Origin: a candidate division TM6 bacterium GW2011_GWF2_28_16
GTDB lineage: Bacteria; Patescibacteriota; Microgenomatia; UBA1400; PJMF01
Length of the DNA stretch: 64,000 nt
Direction: 5' to 3'
NCBI GenBank assembly: GCA_001029715.1
Contig: CP011212.1
Location: 259,407 to 323,406, forward strand
How positions within the stretch are numbered: the stretch's first letter is position 1; the number at the start of each line of letters is the position of its first letter. Positions 51,403-59,699 of this stretch are shown one piece after another. The notes under the pieces are model-generated. The model was not told the origin of the DNA. It searched no databases and saw nothing but the letters and a program-made list of their open reading frames with translations. Made by a program: the position numbers and the translations under genes.

Positions 51403-52131
51403 ATGAAATTTGTCTCAATCAATATTGAAGGTAATAAACATTTTGATAGAATTTTTCCGTTTTTACTTGCAGAGAAACCAGACGTACTGGCTTTGCAAGA
51501 AGTTTTTGAATGTGATTTGGAAACCATTAAACAAACCACTGGTTTGAAAAATTGTGTTTTTTATCCCAATGCTGATGTCACTCTTCCCAATATTCATTTG
51601 CAGGATCGCGGTAAATGGGGTGTGGCGATTTTTGCCAATGAAATTGTAGATAGCAAAGGCGTTTATTATTTTCAGGTTAATCCTGGAGAATTATTCATTT
51701 TTGATGAAAAAAAGAATGGCTTAGCTGATCGAGCCTTGCTGTTTGCTGAAACTAAAGTAGATGGCGAAGTTTTTAAAATTTTTAACACTCACTTTACTTG
51801 GTCTGGAGGCAGAGAAGTTAATGAGGCGCAACGCAGAGACTACGTCAAAATGAAAGAGATTCTGGAATCCTATGACGAAGTAATTCTGTGTGGCGACCTC
51901 AATACTCCTCGTGGTGAAGAAGTTTGGGACGATTTGGCCAAGACATATACCGACAACATTCCTCAAGAAATTAACACCACCATTGATAAGAATTTACATA
52001 AATCAGGTAAAGATATCCGCTTGGTGGTGGATGCTCTTTTTACCAGCTCTCATTATCTGGCGCAGAATGTGCGAGTAGTGCCCAACACCAGTGATCACAT
52101 GGCGGTGGTGGGAGAGATTGAGAGAGTTTAA
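51403..52131 (+). CDS. Endonuclease/exonuclease/phosphatase family protein
   Basis: SINI, LQEV, NTH, GDLN, SDH. Confidence 0.9.
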   Translation: MKFVSINIEGNKHFDRIFPFLLAEKPDVLALQEVFECDLETIKQTTGLKNCVFYPNADVTLPNIHLQDRGKWGVAIFANEIVDSKGVYYFQVNPGELFIFDEKKNGLADRALLFAETKVDGEVFKIFNTHFTWSGGREVNEAQRRDYVKMKEILESYDEVILCGDLNTPRGEEVWDDLAKTYTDNIPQEINTTIDKNLHKSGKDIRLVVDALFTSSHYLAQNVRVVPNTSDHMAVVGEIERV

Positions 52132-52197
52132 TCAATTCTTTTATGACTGGTATTTTGTCTGATTAGTTGATAAAATCACTGCTGTTTTAACAAACAA

Positions 52198-52272
52198 TCC
52201 TCGATAGCTCAATGGCAGAGCAGGAAGCTGTTAACTTCAAGGTTCTAGGTTCGAGTCCTAGTCGGGGAGCCA
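52198..52272 (+). tRNA. tRNA-Asn(GTT), probable integration site
   Basis: TCCTCGA/TCGGGGA acceptor, GAAG-CTGTTAA-CTTC anticodon arm, CTAGG-TTCGAGT-CCTAG T-arm, GCCA. Confidence 0.95.
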
Positions 52273-53799
52273 CGTCTCACTTATCCGAACCAAGTCACGG
52301 TCAACAAGTGCTTGGAAACCATCGGTATAAGTAATATCAGCGATTTTTTTGTCTTCAACCCATATCTTCTGGGCAAACCACCTCAAGAACTGCCGTTTTT
52401 CAGGCTTTGTGAAGGCTTCATACAACTCAGGCAGGCGTTTCATAAAGGTAATGATTTTCTCAATTTTGTCTTCATCCAGATTAGCGGAAGGTCGGCTGAG
52501 CTTTTCAATCTTAGCTTCCACTGATTTAAGCTCCTCACGCAGTGGCGAGTACTTCTTCTCTAACCGCTCTTGCGGGATAACCTCAGACAGTAATTGGTCT
52601 TCTATCTTGTCCATTTTCTTTTCAATGGCTTCCTTACGTTTCTTGAGGGATTTGAGCTGCCCAAAAATGTCGGTTCCTTGATTGCTCATTAGTGACCTTA
52701 GCTCCAAACGCAGTTCATCATAAAACTGTTCATCAAATTGGAGTGAGGCAATCCACTGACCTAATTGTTCGTGGACAGCCTCCATATTGGCATAGGGCTG
52801 AGAACAATCTTGTGTATAGTTTTTTGGTCCGAGACATCGGTAGTAACGATTGATGTGTCCTGACTTCTTAATGTGTTCCTCGCCAGACATGAGAGAACCA
52901 CAAGCCTTACAAAAAGTAAGACCTGCTAAAAACCAGTTGTGCTTGCGAGAGCGGTCAGCTCCTTTGTTGTGTTTTTTCATAATTGCCTCTGCTTGTTTAA
53001 TATCACTGACGTTTACAATCTTTGGATGCTGTCCGTTTTTGTAGACTTTTCCGTCATACTTCACCCAACCGCAATAACGAACATCGGTTAGCATACGATG
53101 GATTTGACTGGAGTGTACACGCTTGCCATTTTTTGTGCGAAAACCCTCTTGATACATCATTTCTTCTAACGTTTGGACAGAGTAGTTTCCAGTTTTATAG
53201 CGTTGAAAAATCTCTTTGACAAAAGGCACTCGCTCATCATCCAAGAGCCAAGGAACATCCTTTTTGAAAGAGTTTAGATACCCCAGGACTGCTCCGCCAG
53301 GCTGGATACCTTTTTCAGCCAATGCCACCATAGTGCGTTTGGTTTTTTGACCAGTAATCTCACGCTGTAACTGGTTAGCACCAGCCATGATTAAATCAAC
53401 AAACTTACCCACTGGGTCATCACCAAAATTGGGCTGCTCTGTAGCAATGAGCAAGACATTGTGTTTTTTGAGGAACGCCTTAACAGCCAGGTGGTCTTGA
53501 GCATTACGAGCAAAGCGGTCTGTCTCTTCAAGCAGTACTGCATGAACATCAGGGTCGCTTTCACACCGCTCTAGCATCCGATTAAACTCAGGTCTGCCAG
53601 TCGTTGATTTTCCACTTTTACCGCCGTCCTTATAAACATCAATAATATGCCAGTTTCTTTCCCTGGCAAACTTTGTTAATCGGTCAATTTGGTCTTCAAA
53701 TGAGTGTCCTTCTTTGACCTGACGGTCTGTGCTGACACGAGTATAAAGCAGGCAATTTTTAATCCCGTCAAAGCTATTTTCTCCAATTTGTTGGTACAT
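52258..53799 (-). CDS. Large serine recombinase (integrase)
   Basis: YTRVSTDRQ, SGKS..RPEF, DRFARN, recombinase domain, Zn ribbon CKAC..YYRC..C, coiled coil. Confidence 0.95.
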   Translation of the reverse strand: MYQQIGENSFDGIKNCLLYTRVSTDRQVKEGHSFEDQIDRLTKFARERNWHIIDVYKDGGKSGKSTTGRPEFNRMLERCESDPDVHAVLLEETDRFARNAQDHLAVKAFLKKHNVLLIATEQPNFGDDPVGKFVDLIMAGANQLQREITGQKTKRTMVALAEKGIQPGGAVLGYLNSFKKDVPWLLDDERVPFVKEIFQRYKTGNYSVQTLEEMMYQEGFRTKNGKRVHSSQIHRMLTDVRYCGWVKYDGKVYKNGQHPKIVNVSDIKQAEAIMKKHNKGADRSRKHNWFLAGLTFCKACGSLMSGEEHIKKSGHINRYYRCLGPKNYTQDCSQPYANMEAVHEQLGQWIASLQFDEQFYDELRLELRSLMSNQGTDIFGQLKSLKKRKEAIEKKMDKIEDQLLSEVIPQERLEKKYSPLREELKSVEAKIEKLSRPSANLDEDKIEKIITFMKRLPELYEAFTKPEKRQFLRWFAQKIWVEDKKIADITYTDGFQALVDRDLVRISETWLPD

Positions 53800-53819
53800 A
53801 AAGTCCTTTCAGCCACTTA

Positions 53820-53908
53820 AATGGCCGCCCTGGTGCACTCAACTAGAAATGACTTCTAATTGTCCAAGACGGCCATTAAAAAAAGCCATTTCTATTAGTT
53901 GAGTGCCC
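53820..53908 (-). promoter_or_regulatory. Structured 5' leader of the integrase with two interlocked long helices
   Basis: 53883-53906 pairs with 53835-53855; 53864-53877 pairs with 53820-53833; extended -10 TGGTAAAAT on the minus strand at 53913-53921. Confidence 0.65.
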
Positions 53909-53932
53909 TTATATTTTACCATAATATGCCAT

Positions 53933-54241
53933 TTAATTAAAGACATTTTCCTCTGGTACACCAAAGATTTCTCTGATTACTTCAAGAGGGATAAATGGGA
54001 CAATTTCACGCCTTTTGCCCTCGGACTCAATCTTCTGTACTAGGGTGAGGTATTTCTGATATTTTTCTGGTTCAGAGAGGTCAGTGGTACTCGGTGGGTG
54101 CTCTTTAAGCCAGGTTTGAGCATTATCATAAAATTGCAACAGCGTGTCATTATCCATCGCCCGTAATCGGTTTTCGATTGAACTGGCATTTGAGCCCGTG
54201 GCTGTAACGAGTTGGTACTTCATAGCCTTATATTTCTTCAA
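53933..54241 (-). CDS. Hypothetical protein of the integrated element
   Basis: ORF between the primase and the integrase, overlapping the primase stop. Confidence 0.7.
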   Translation of the reverse strand: MKKYKAMKYQLVTATGSNASSIENRLRAMDNDTLLQFYDNAQTWLKEHPPSTTDLSEPEKYQKYLTLVQKIESEGKRREIVPFIPLEVIREIFGVPEENVFN

Positions 54242-56729
54242 TGAGTGACTCTAGCGTCGGGACATCGGTAGTAGTTTGAGCTAGGCTTAATTGCTTCCCA
54301 GTAATGGGGTGATAAATAGTTGTGCCGTTCAACCAGTCAGAGTTTATTTCGTACAGCTCTTCAACCTGAGGCATAACCACCGTATGCTCAATGGGCTTGT
54401 CAGACAATTTGTAAACGGCTGCTTTTGGTCCTTTGCTTTCTACCACCACTTCGACAAACCCCTTTCGTACCGCTGGGTTAATCCAGTTACGAACTGTGTC
54501 GTCATCCCAGCCAATTTCTTTGGCGAGTAGCCTTACCGTAAACTGTCCATCCTCATTTGTTGCATTGGCTTGGATGAGTTTGGCTTTTTCTAGTAGCTCC
54601 TCAGTTTTGGGATGGATTTCATAAATGGTACGCATCAGGATTTCTTCAAACAAAACCTGAGCGACGTAATAATCAGCCAACGTTGCAACTACCGCACTCC
54701 CACCGTTGATGGTTCTAATCTCTCTTTGACTTTGATGCAGTAGCGTCACATTTTCGATGAGTGACATGAGTTTTGAGTAGTCTCGCCTGACTCTAATGGG
54801 TTTTTTGGGGAAACGGTCGCTTAGTTCTTTAGCAAACGGGATGAGCACAGCGTAGGGTCGGATGATTTTTTGTAAGTTAATGAAAGCTGGGCTTGGCTGC
54901 TTAATAATTTCTGTACCATTGTATTTGGCGTTGGTAACTTCCAAAACCCTAGAAGTCTGTTTCTCAGTTTCATCAGGAAATACTGTGAAATTGCGAGTTT
55001 CATTTTCTGGATGAACGTTAGGGCGAGTAGTAGTGGTAACAAAACCAGTTGGTCCAAAAATCTCTCGCTCCATTGTTTCAATTTCGCCTGTCTCGGGATT
55101 TTTTACCGTTGTTTGGATTTTTAACTTGCCCTCAGATTGGAGTGAGCGGATAGAGTAATCAGCTTTTTGACCACCGTGCATTTCAAAAATCAGCACTACT
55201 TTGTGAGCGAGTGCATCAGCTTCAAGATAGTAAAAACTTTGAGGTGTGGCATCAGTCAGGTCTTTGTAGGCATCAGTGGGAAAAAGTGGCAGTACCTTGG
55301 AGATAACATAGGACTTGCCCGCAGCACTGGCTCCTTTAACAATCACAGAAAGTGGGTTGTCGGTAATCCTTGAAGTTAGAGCCAAGTAGTAGAGCAAGAT
55401 ATTTCGCTCCTCGCCAATTACGCCTAATTTTCTCACCTCGTTCAGCACTTGGTGTAAAAGTAAGGGTGAGTCCAGCAGGATATTTGCCTCAGTGATTTCA
55501 TTTTGATTTAGTGGTTTTTCTGGTAGTGGTGCGGTCTTGGATGGCAAAGTGTTCAGCTCATCCACTGCAAGGCTTAATGCCATGAGACTTTGTGCAACCA
55601 TTACCTGCTCATCCTCGTTAAAATCAGTTAGTTTGGAACTAAAAACACTCCTTCTTCTATCGGAGTGAAGGTTAATATTGTCCTGGTGGATGAGTTGACC
55701 AGTTTTGTATAAAGCAAGAACGACGGTGTCTTTTTTTCTTTGCAATTTGACATGATAACTAAGTCCGTCCTTTTGAAACTCGTAATTTGAACCACCATTA
55801 TTTTTGACCACAAAACCATGTGACGTGTTGGCAACGAGTGGTGCATCAGAGCTCGCAAGCGGAACCGCTAATTTTAGCAACTCAGTAAAATCACTGGCAG
55901 ATTTTTCTAGTTTGGTGAAGTAGTCAGTTAAGTCTACTTTTTTTCCATCGGTTGATGGTAAGGTTACAATGTGGGCTTTACTCCCAAATAGGTTGGCGGT
56001 TCGTTTAGCACCTACCTCGCCAGCCTCATCGGTGTCATAGCAAATATAGATTTTTGCGATGTGCTCAAAGTGCTGCAACCACTCAGGTTTGAACGTGCCC
56101 GCTCCGCCAGTGCTAGAAACGGCTGGGAAGCCATACTGTGTGGCAATCATAGTGTCAAACTCGCCCTCGGTAATGACAACAAACTCTGTCGGTTGACTAA
56201 GAACTCTGAGATTAAAAAGCGAAGCGGTTGAGCCATGTTCGCTCCACAGCTTGCTACCTTCGTCCTTTGCGGGGTCACGACGGTGTTTGATGTTGGTCAG
56301 CGTTCCTTGTTGGTCAAAAATAGGGATGGTGATGCTGCTACCGTCCCATCCAATTTGAAATTGCTTGATGGTGTCCTGAGTAAGTCCTCTTTGAGAGCCA
56401 ATGAGGTACTCCGTTATCCTGATGGGTAACTGCTGGTGGTAAGTAAGAGCACGGGAGTCATCAAGCTTTAATTTGGGCTTGGGAGCAGGTAGATAAAGCT
56501 GTGGTTTACTCTCTAGTGGTATGTATTTATCACCGCTAATTTTCTGCGTTAGCTGACTCCAGCTCCCTTTTTCTCCGCAGTGGTGGCATAAGTAGCAACC
56601 ATCTTCTGCTTTGATGTAGAAGTGTTTTTCCTTGTCGCAAAATGGGCAAATGGTGATGAGTTCGCCGTAGAACTGTCTGTGCTCAATGTTGTGTTGATTT
56701 AAGTAGTCGGCTACATTTTCGAGTAACAT
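54228..56729 (-). CDS. DNA primase (Zn finger plus TOPRIM) fused to a P-loop ATPase/helicase
   Basis: CPFC..H..CHHCG, ITEGEFD, CYDTDEAG, GASAAGKS. Confidence 0.9.
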   Translation of the reverse strand: MLLENVADYLNQHNIEHRQFYGELITICPFCDKEKHFYIKAEDGCYLCHHCGEKGSWSQLTQKISGDKYIPLESKPQLYLPAPKPKLKLDDSRALTYHQQLPIRITEYLIGSQRGLTQDTIKQFQIGWDGSSITIPIFDQQGTLTNIKHRRDPAKDEGSKLWSEHGSTASLFNLRVLSQPTEFVVITEGEFDTMIATQYGFPAVSSTGGAGTFKPEWLQHFEHIAKIYICYDTDEAGEVGAKRTANLFGSKAHIVTLPSTDGKKVDLTDYFTKLEKSASDFTELLKLAVPLASSDAPLVANTSHGFVVKNNGGSNYEFQKDGLSYHVKLQRKKDTVVLALYKTGQLIHQDNINLHSDRRRSVFSSKLTDFNEDEQVMVAQSLMALSLAVDELNTLPSKTAPLPEKPLNQNEITEANILLDSPLLLHQVLNEVRKLGVIGEERNILLYYLALTSRITDNPLSVIVKGASAAGKSYVISKVLPLFPTDAYKDLTDATPQSFYYLEADALAHKVVLIFEMHGGQKADYSIRSLQSEGKLKIQTTVKNPETGEIETMEREIFGPTGFVTTTTRPNVHPENETRNFTVFPDETEKQTSRVLEVTNAKYNGTEIIKQPSPAFINLQKIIRPYAVLIPFAKELSDRFPKKPIRVRRDYSKLMSLIENVTLLHQSQREIRTINGGSAVVATLADYYVAQVLFEEILMRTIYEIHPKTEELLEKAKLIQANATNEDGQFTVRLLAKEIGWDDDTVRNWINPAVRKGFVEVVVESKGPKAAVYKLSDKPIEHTVVMPQVEELYEINSDWLNGTTIYHPITGKQLSLAQTTTDVPTLESLIEEI

Positions 56730-56741
56730 TTTCTTGTCCTT

Positions 56742-57023
56742 TCATCCAGTTAAATTGTCTGTTAGTAATTGATTGAGCTTTGTTGAGACTGCTTGCTCAA
56801 CAGCTTGGTTGGTTTCTGTGTTTATTGGATAGTAAATCTGTAGCTGCTGCCCATTGGGCAACTTTTTTGTGGGGTAAACACAGCGATATCCCTCGGAGTT
56901 AAGACGGGTATAAACGGCAATGCTTCCTAAGTAGAGTTTGTTGTCCAAAACACACGAAGCGAAAGCGATTAAGCCACTGTCTGCTTTTACTGGGATTATT
57001 TCCACTTCCGAGACTTGAGTCAT
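56742..57023 (-). CDS. SpoVG family nucleic-acid-binding protein
   Basis: GLIAFASCVLDN..LGSIAV..YPTKK..YPIN. Confidence 0.8.
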   Translation of the reverse strand: MTQVSEVEIIPVKADSGLIAFASCVLDNKLYLGSIAVYTRLNSEGYRCVYPTKKLPNGQQLQIYYPINTETNQAVEQAVSTKLNQLLTDNLTG

Positions 57024-57190
57024 GACTGCTCCTGTTCTTCACGTTCAGACTCAAGACGTTCGTAAACACTCGTTAATAGTTGGGCGAGTTGAGCGATGGG
57101 ATTATCACTCTCAAAATTGGTGGTATCAGATGTTGGGAGCTCTACGGTGCTCTCTGAATGAAATGGTGATGTAACTTGCTTCGGTAACAT
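57020..57190 (-). CDS. Small 56-aa hypothetical protein, not in the ORF track
   Basis: MLPKQVTSPF...LESEREEQEQS*; its stop overlaps the SpoVG start (ATGA coupling). Confidence 0.6.
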   Translation of the reverse strand: MLPKQVTSPFHSESTVELPTSDTTNFESDNPIAQLAQLLTSVYERLESEREEQEQS

Positions 57191-57244
57191 TTGGAGCAAG
57201 TGTAGAAGGTTCCCAAAAAGATTTGAAATACACCAAAAGTTACT

Positions 57245-58030
57245 TTAAGTGTTGGGTAGCCTCATGGTCTTCATTAGCTGCCTAAGCTTTAGCCGTTTTG
57301 GTAGTTTAGCTAAGTGAGCTTTGAAACGATTGCGATAAAGACTGATTACAGTTTCGTCGTGGAAGGTAGTTTTGTTTGGATACTTTTCAAGGAAAAAGTC
57401 GGCGATTTCTCGGTCAGTTTTTCCATCCTTGGTTAACTCAAGGATTTCTTTTTTTATCTCCAGGTCTTTGGTTCGGCTGAGATTGGGTGTTGAAGGTAAA
57501 TCAGATAAGTAACGGTCAATGAGTGGTTTGTTTTTGTTTAGTTCAGCGACGAGCTGCTTGAAAGACATTTTTTCACTCACTGTTATGGTTAGAGAGTTGG
57601 TAGCTTTTGGTTTATGTTTCAGTTGTTTTTGAGCTTTTTTCAGTACATCATCTAGCCCAACCACTCCCGAGTACTCGATTGAAATGGGCATAGTTTCTTC
57701 ATCAATATCAGGTGGTGGTGCAGACTGAAACAAGATAATGCCAACCAGTGTCCCATGCCAGCCAATAGGGAGGTCAAACAGCCAAATTATGTCTTTTACG
57801 GCTTGGTCTATCCATGGCAGTGATTGATTAACGGCATTTGATACATCGTCTGGATTGAGCACTTTTCCTTCTTGGGAAAGTTGAACAGAGTAGCCACCTG
57901 TGGGAACGCCAAACTGTTTTCTGACCGCTGTAATTTCACCAGCTAACTCCTCACTTTCTTCAAGTAACGCTAGTGCTTGGAGTTGTTTTTTTGAGTACTT
58001 TGATTTTTCTAGTAATAGTTTGATTTTCAT
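57245..58030 (-). CDS. Putative regulator with C-terminal HTH
   Basis: KEILELTKDGKTDREIADFF helix-turn-helix-like segment; first gene of the replication module. Confidence 0.6.
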   Translation of the reverse strand: MKIKLLLEKSKYSKKQLQALALLEESEELAGEITAVRKQFGVPTGGYSVQLSQEGKVLNPDDVSNAVNQSLPWIDQAVKDIIWLFDLPIGWHGTLVGIILFQSAPPPDIDEETMPISIEYSGVVGLDDVLKKAQKQLKHKPKATNSLTITVSEKMSFKQLVAELNKNKPLIDRYLSDLPSTPNLSRTKDLEIKKEILELTKDGKTDREIADFFLEKYPNKTTFHDETVISLYRNRFKAHLAKLPKRLKLRQLMKTMRLPNT

Positions 58031-58129
58031 GCCACTTTTTCAGATACCTTATGATGCTATTTTACCAAACTTATCTTGAGGTGGGTAATTTGATTTGTTC
58101 TTACATATGTTTGGTTTTTGGGATAAAAT

Positions 58130-58328
58130 ACACCCAACGACCTAAACTCATCGTGGTTTCACAGTGAGCATGGTCGAGAAATCGGATAAACGGCAGTAAG
58201 CCCTCCATGGGCTCTACGTTTATCCGTCGTATCCCGAAAGGGGTATGGGTGTCGCAAGATACCAGCCGTGGGGGGCTTTTTGGATATCCAAGGCTCTCTA
58301 CGCAGGAAGACGTAGTTATGAAAGAGCC
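58130..58328 (+). ncRNA. Candidate structured cis-regulatory RNA, unassigned
   Basis: Four hairpins including two GNRA loops, a 14-bp long-range pairing, and RBS/ATG enclosed in a stem. Confidence 0.6.
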
Positions 58329-58623
58329 GATTAAAACAGTTGCCACTATAGTAGGGTTCCTACTTTTACTTGCAATACTCCCATTGCCGTATGGCTATTA
58401 CACATTTCTGAGATTGACCGTTTTTGTGAGCAGTTTATTTTTAGCGTACCAACTGTATGAGAAGAAAAGTCACGGTCTGAGTTTAGTTCTAGCTGGACTG
58501 GCTTTACTTTTTAACCCAATCATCCCTGTTTACCTCTTAAGAGAGACTTGGCTGCCGATAGATTTAGTGAGTGCTGGTTTGCTTTTCTATGTCGGATATT
58601 ATGTCAATAAAGGAGCCAAGTGA
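58318..58623 (+). CDS. Small membrane protein (DUF6804-like)
   Basis: LPYGYYTFLR..LFNPIIP..W..ID; ATG at 58318 with AGGAAG RBS. Confidence 0.78.
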   Translation: MKEPIKTVATIVGFLLLLAILPLPYGYYTFLRLTVFVSSLFLAYQLYEKKSHGLSLVLAGLALLFNPIIPVYLLRETWLPIDLVSAGLLFYVGYYVNKGAK

Positions 58624-59387
58624 AGAAACTTTTTGAGGGTCTATTTACCTTGTTTCTCAGCGTCATAGGCATACTTAACTTTTCCTCTGGCATAATTGCT
58701 GCCATTTGGCTTATCGCTGTTGGCGGTTGGCAATTTGTTCTATTTGGTTTCATTTTAGGGATAGCAATGCCGTGGGTTTACTCAATCGCATCTATCCCTT
58801 CAATGCTGGTTGTGCCCTTAATCTTAAAGTTTGCCGAAAAAGGCAACCAACTTTTGATGTCAGTATTTGGGTTCATAGCTTCCTTGTATAACAACTTTTT
58901 GCTGGCACTCTGGGTATCATTTGTTTTTGGGTTGATGATACAGGTTGACTATAACCCAATAGCCATGTGGTTTTGGGGATTTGCCACCGTCATGGGACCG
59001 ATTAGTTACATGGCTAGTAAAGAAGACAGGGGCTCACTGGGTACAGTATTAGGGGCATTTTTCTGTCAGGTGGGATACATACTATTAACGGTTTCATACT
59101 ACTTTTTTGGTAGTGAGACATTGGGTTATAGCCTGCTTTGGTTGTCATTGATTGCATTTTCAGGGCTCAATATCTACCTCGGGTTTGCTGAGGGACTGTT
59201 GAGAAAAAGTGGAGCAGGTTCCACAAGCGTCCAGCCATTGGAAGAAGAAAATATCGAAGAGGCTGACATCGTGACACCAATGGAAGAACTGCAAGATACG
59301 GGTAAAAAATATTGCTCTAATTGTGGAGAACAAATTAACAAGTCAAGCAATTTTTGCACAAGTTGTGGAACTGCACTGAAAGGATAA
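58620..59387 (+). CDS. Multi-TM protein with C-terminal zinc ribbon
   Basis: About 6 TM; YCSNCG..NFCTSCG. Confidence 0.8.
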   Translation: MKKLFEGLFTLFLSVIGILNFSSGIIAAIWLIAVGGWQFVLFGFILGIAMPWVYSIASIPSMLVVPLILKFAEKGNQLLMSVFGFIASLYNNFLLALWVSFVFGLMIQVDYNPIAMWFWGFATVMGPISYMASKEDRGSLGTVLGAFFCQVGYILLTVSYYFFGSETLGYSLLWLSLIAFSGLNIYLGFAEGLLRKSGAGSTSVQPLEEENIEEADIVTPMEELQDTGKKYCSNCGEQINKSSNFCTSCGTALKG

Positions 59388-59390
59388 TGT

Positions 59391-59690
59391 ATGTTTTGTG
59401 GTAATTGTGGAGCCAAGATTGATGAAAAAACTAGGTTTTGTCCCGAGTGTGGGACAGAAGTTAAAAATGTTGGCAGGGATGCTAACGGCAAGAAAGACCA
59501 AGATATTGCTAGCGAACACGGTATTAAAAACCTTGATGAAAGACTGCAAAGACTTGAAAAATTAGGTGTAAATCACCCCAAGCTTATTAATCGTGCTTTT
59601 ACAGTGTGGGGTTATTACATACTCGCTCAAATAATAGTGGCGGGAGTGGTACTACTCCTTGCCTTAGTTTTTGGGCTTTTCTCTCAATAA
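59391..59690 (+). CDS. Zinc-ribbon protein with C-terminal TM
   Basis: MFCGNCG..RFCPECG. Confidence 0.82.
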   Translation: MFCGNCGAKIDEKTRFCPECGTEVKNVGRDANGKKDQDIASEHGIKNLDERLQRLEKLGVNHPKLINRAFTVWGYYILAQIIVAGVVLLLALVFGLFSQ

Positions 59691-59699
59691 AGGGTAAAT

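Noticed and set aside
58101-58346. Track ORF 58101-58346(-) and the N-terminal extension 58207-58317(+)
   Set aside because: They overlap the structured leader; an RBS supports the start at 58318
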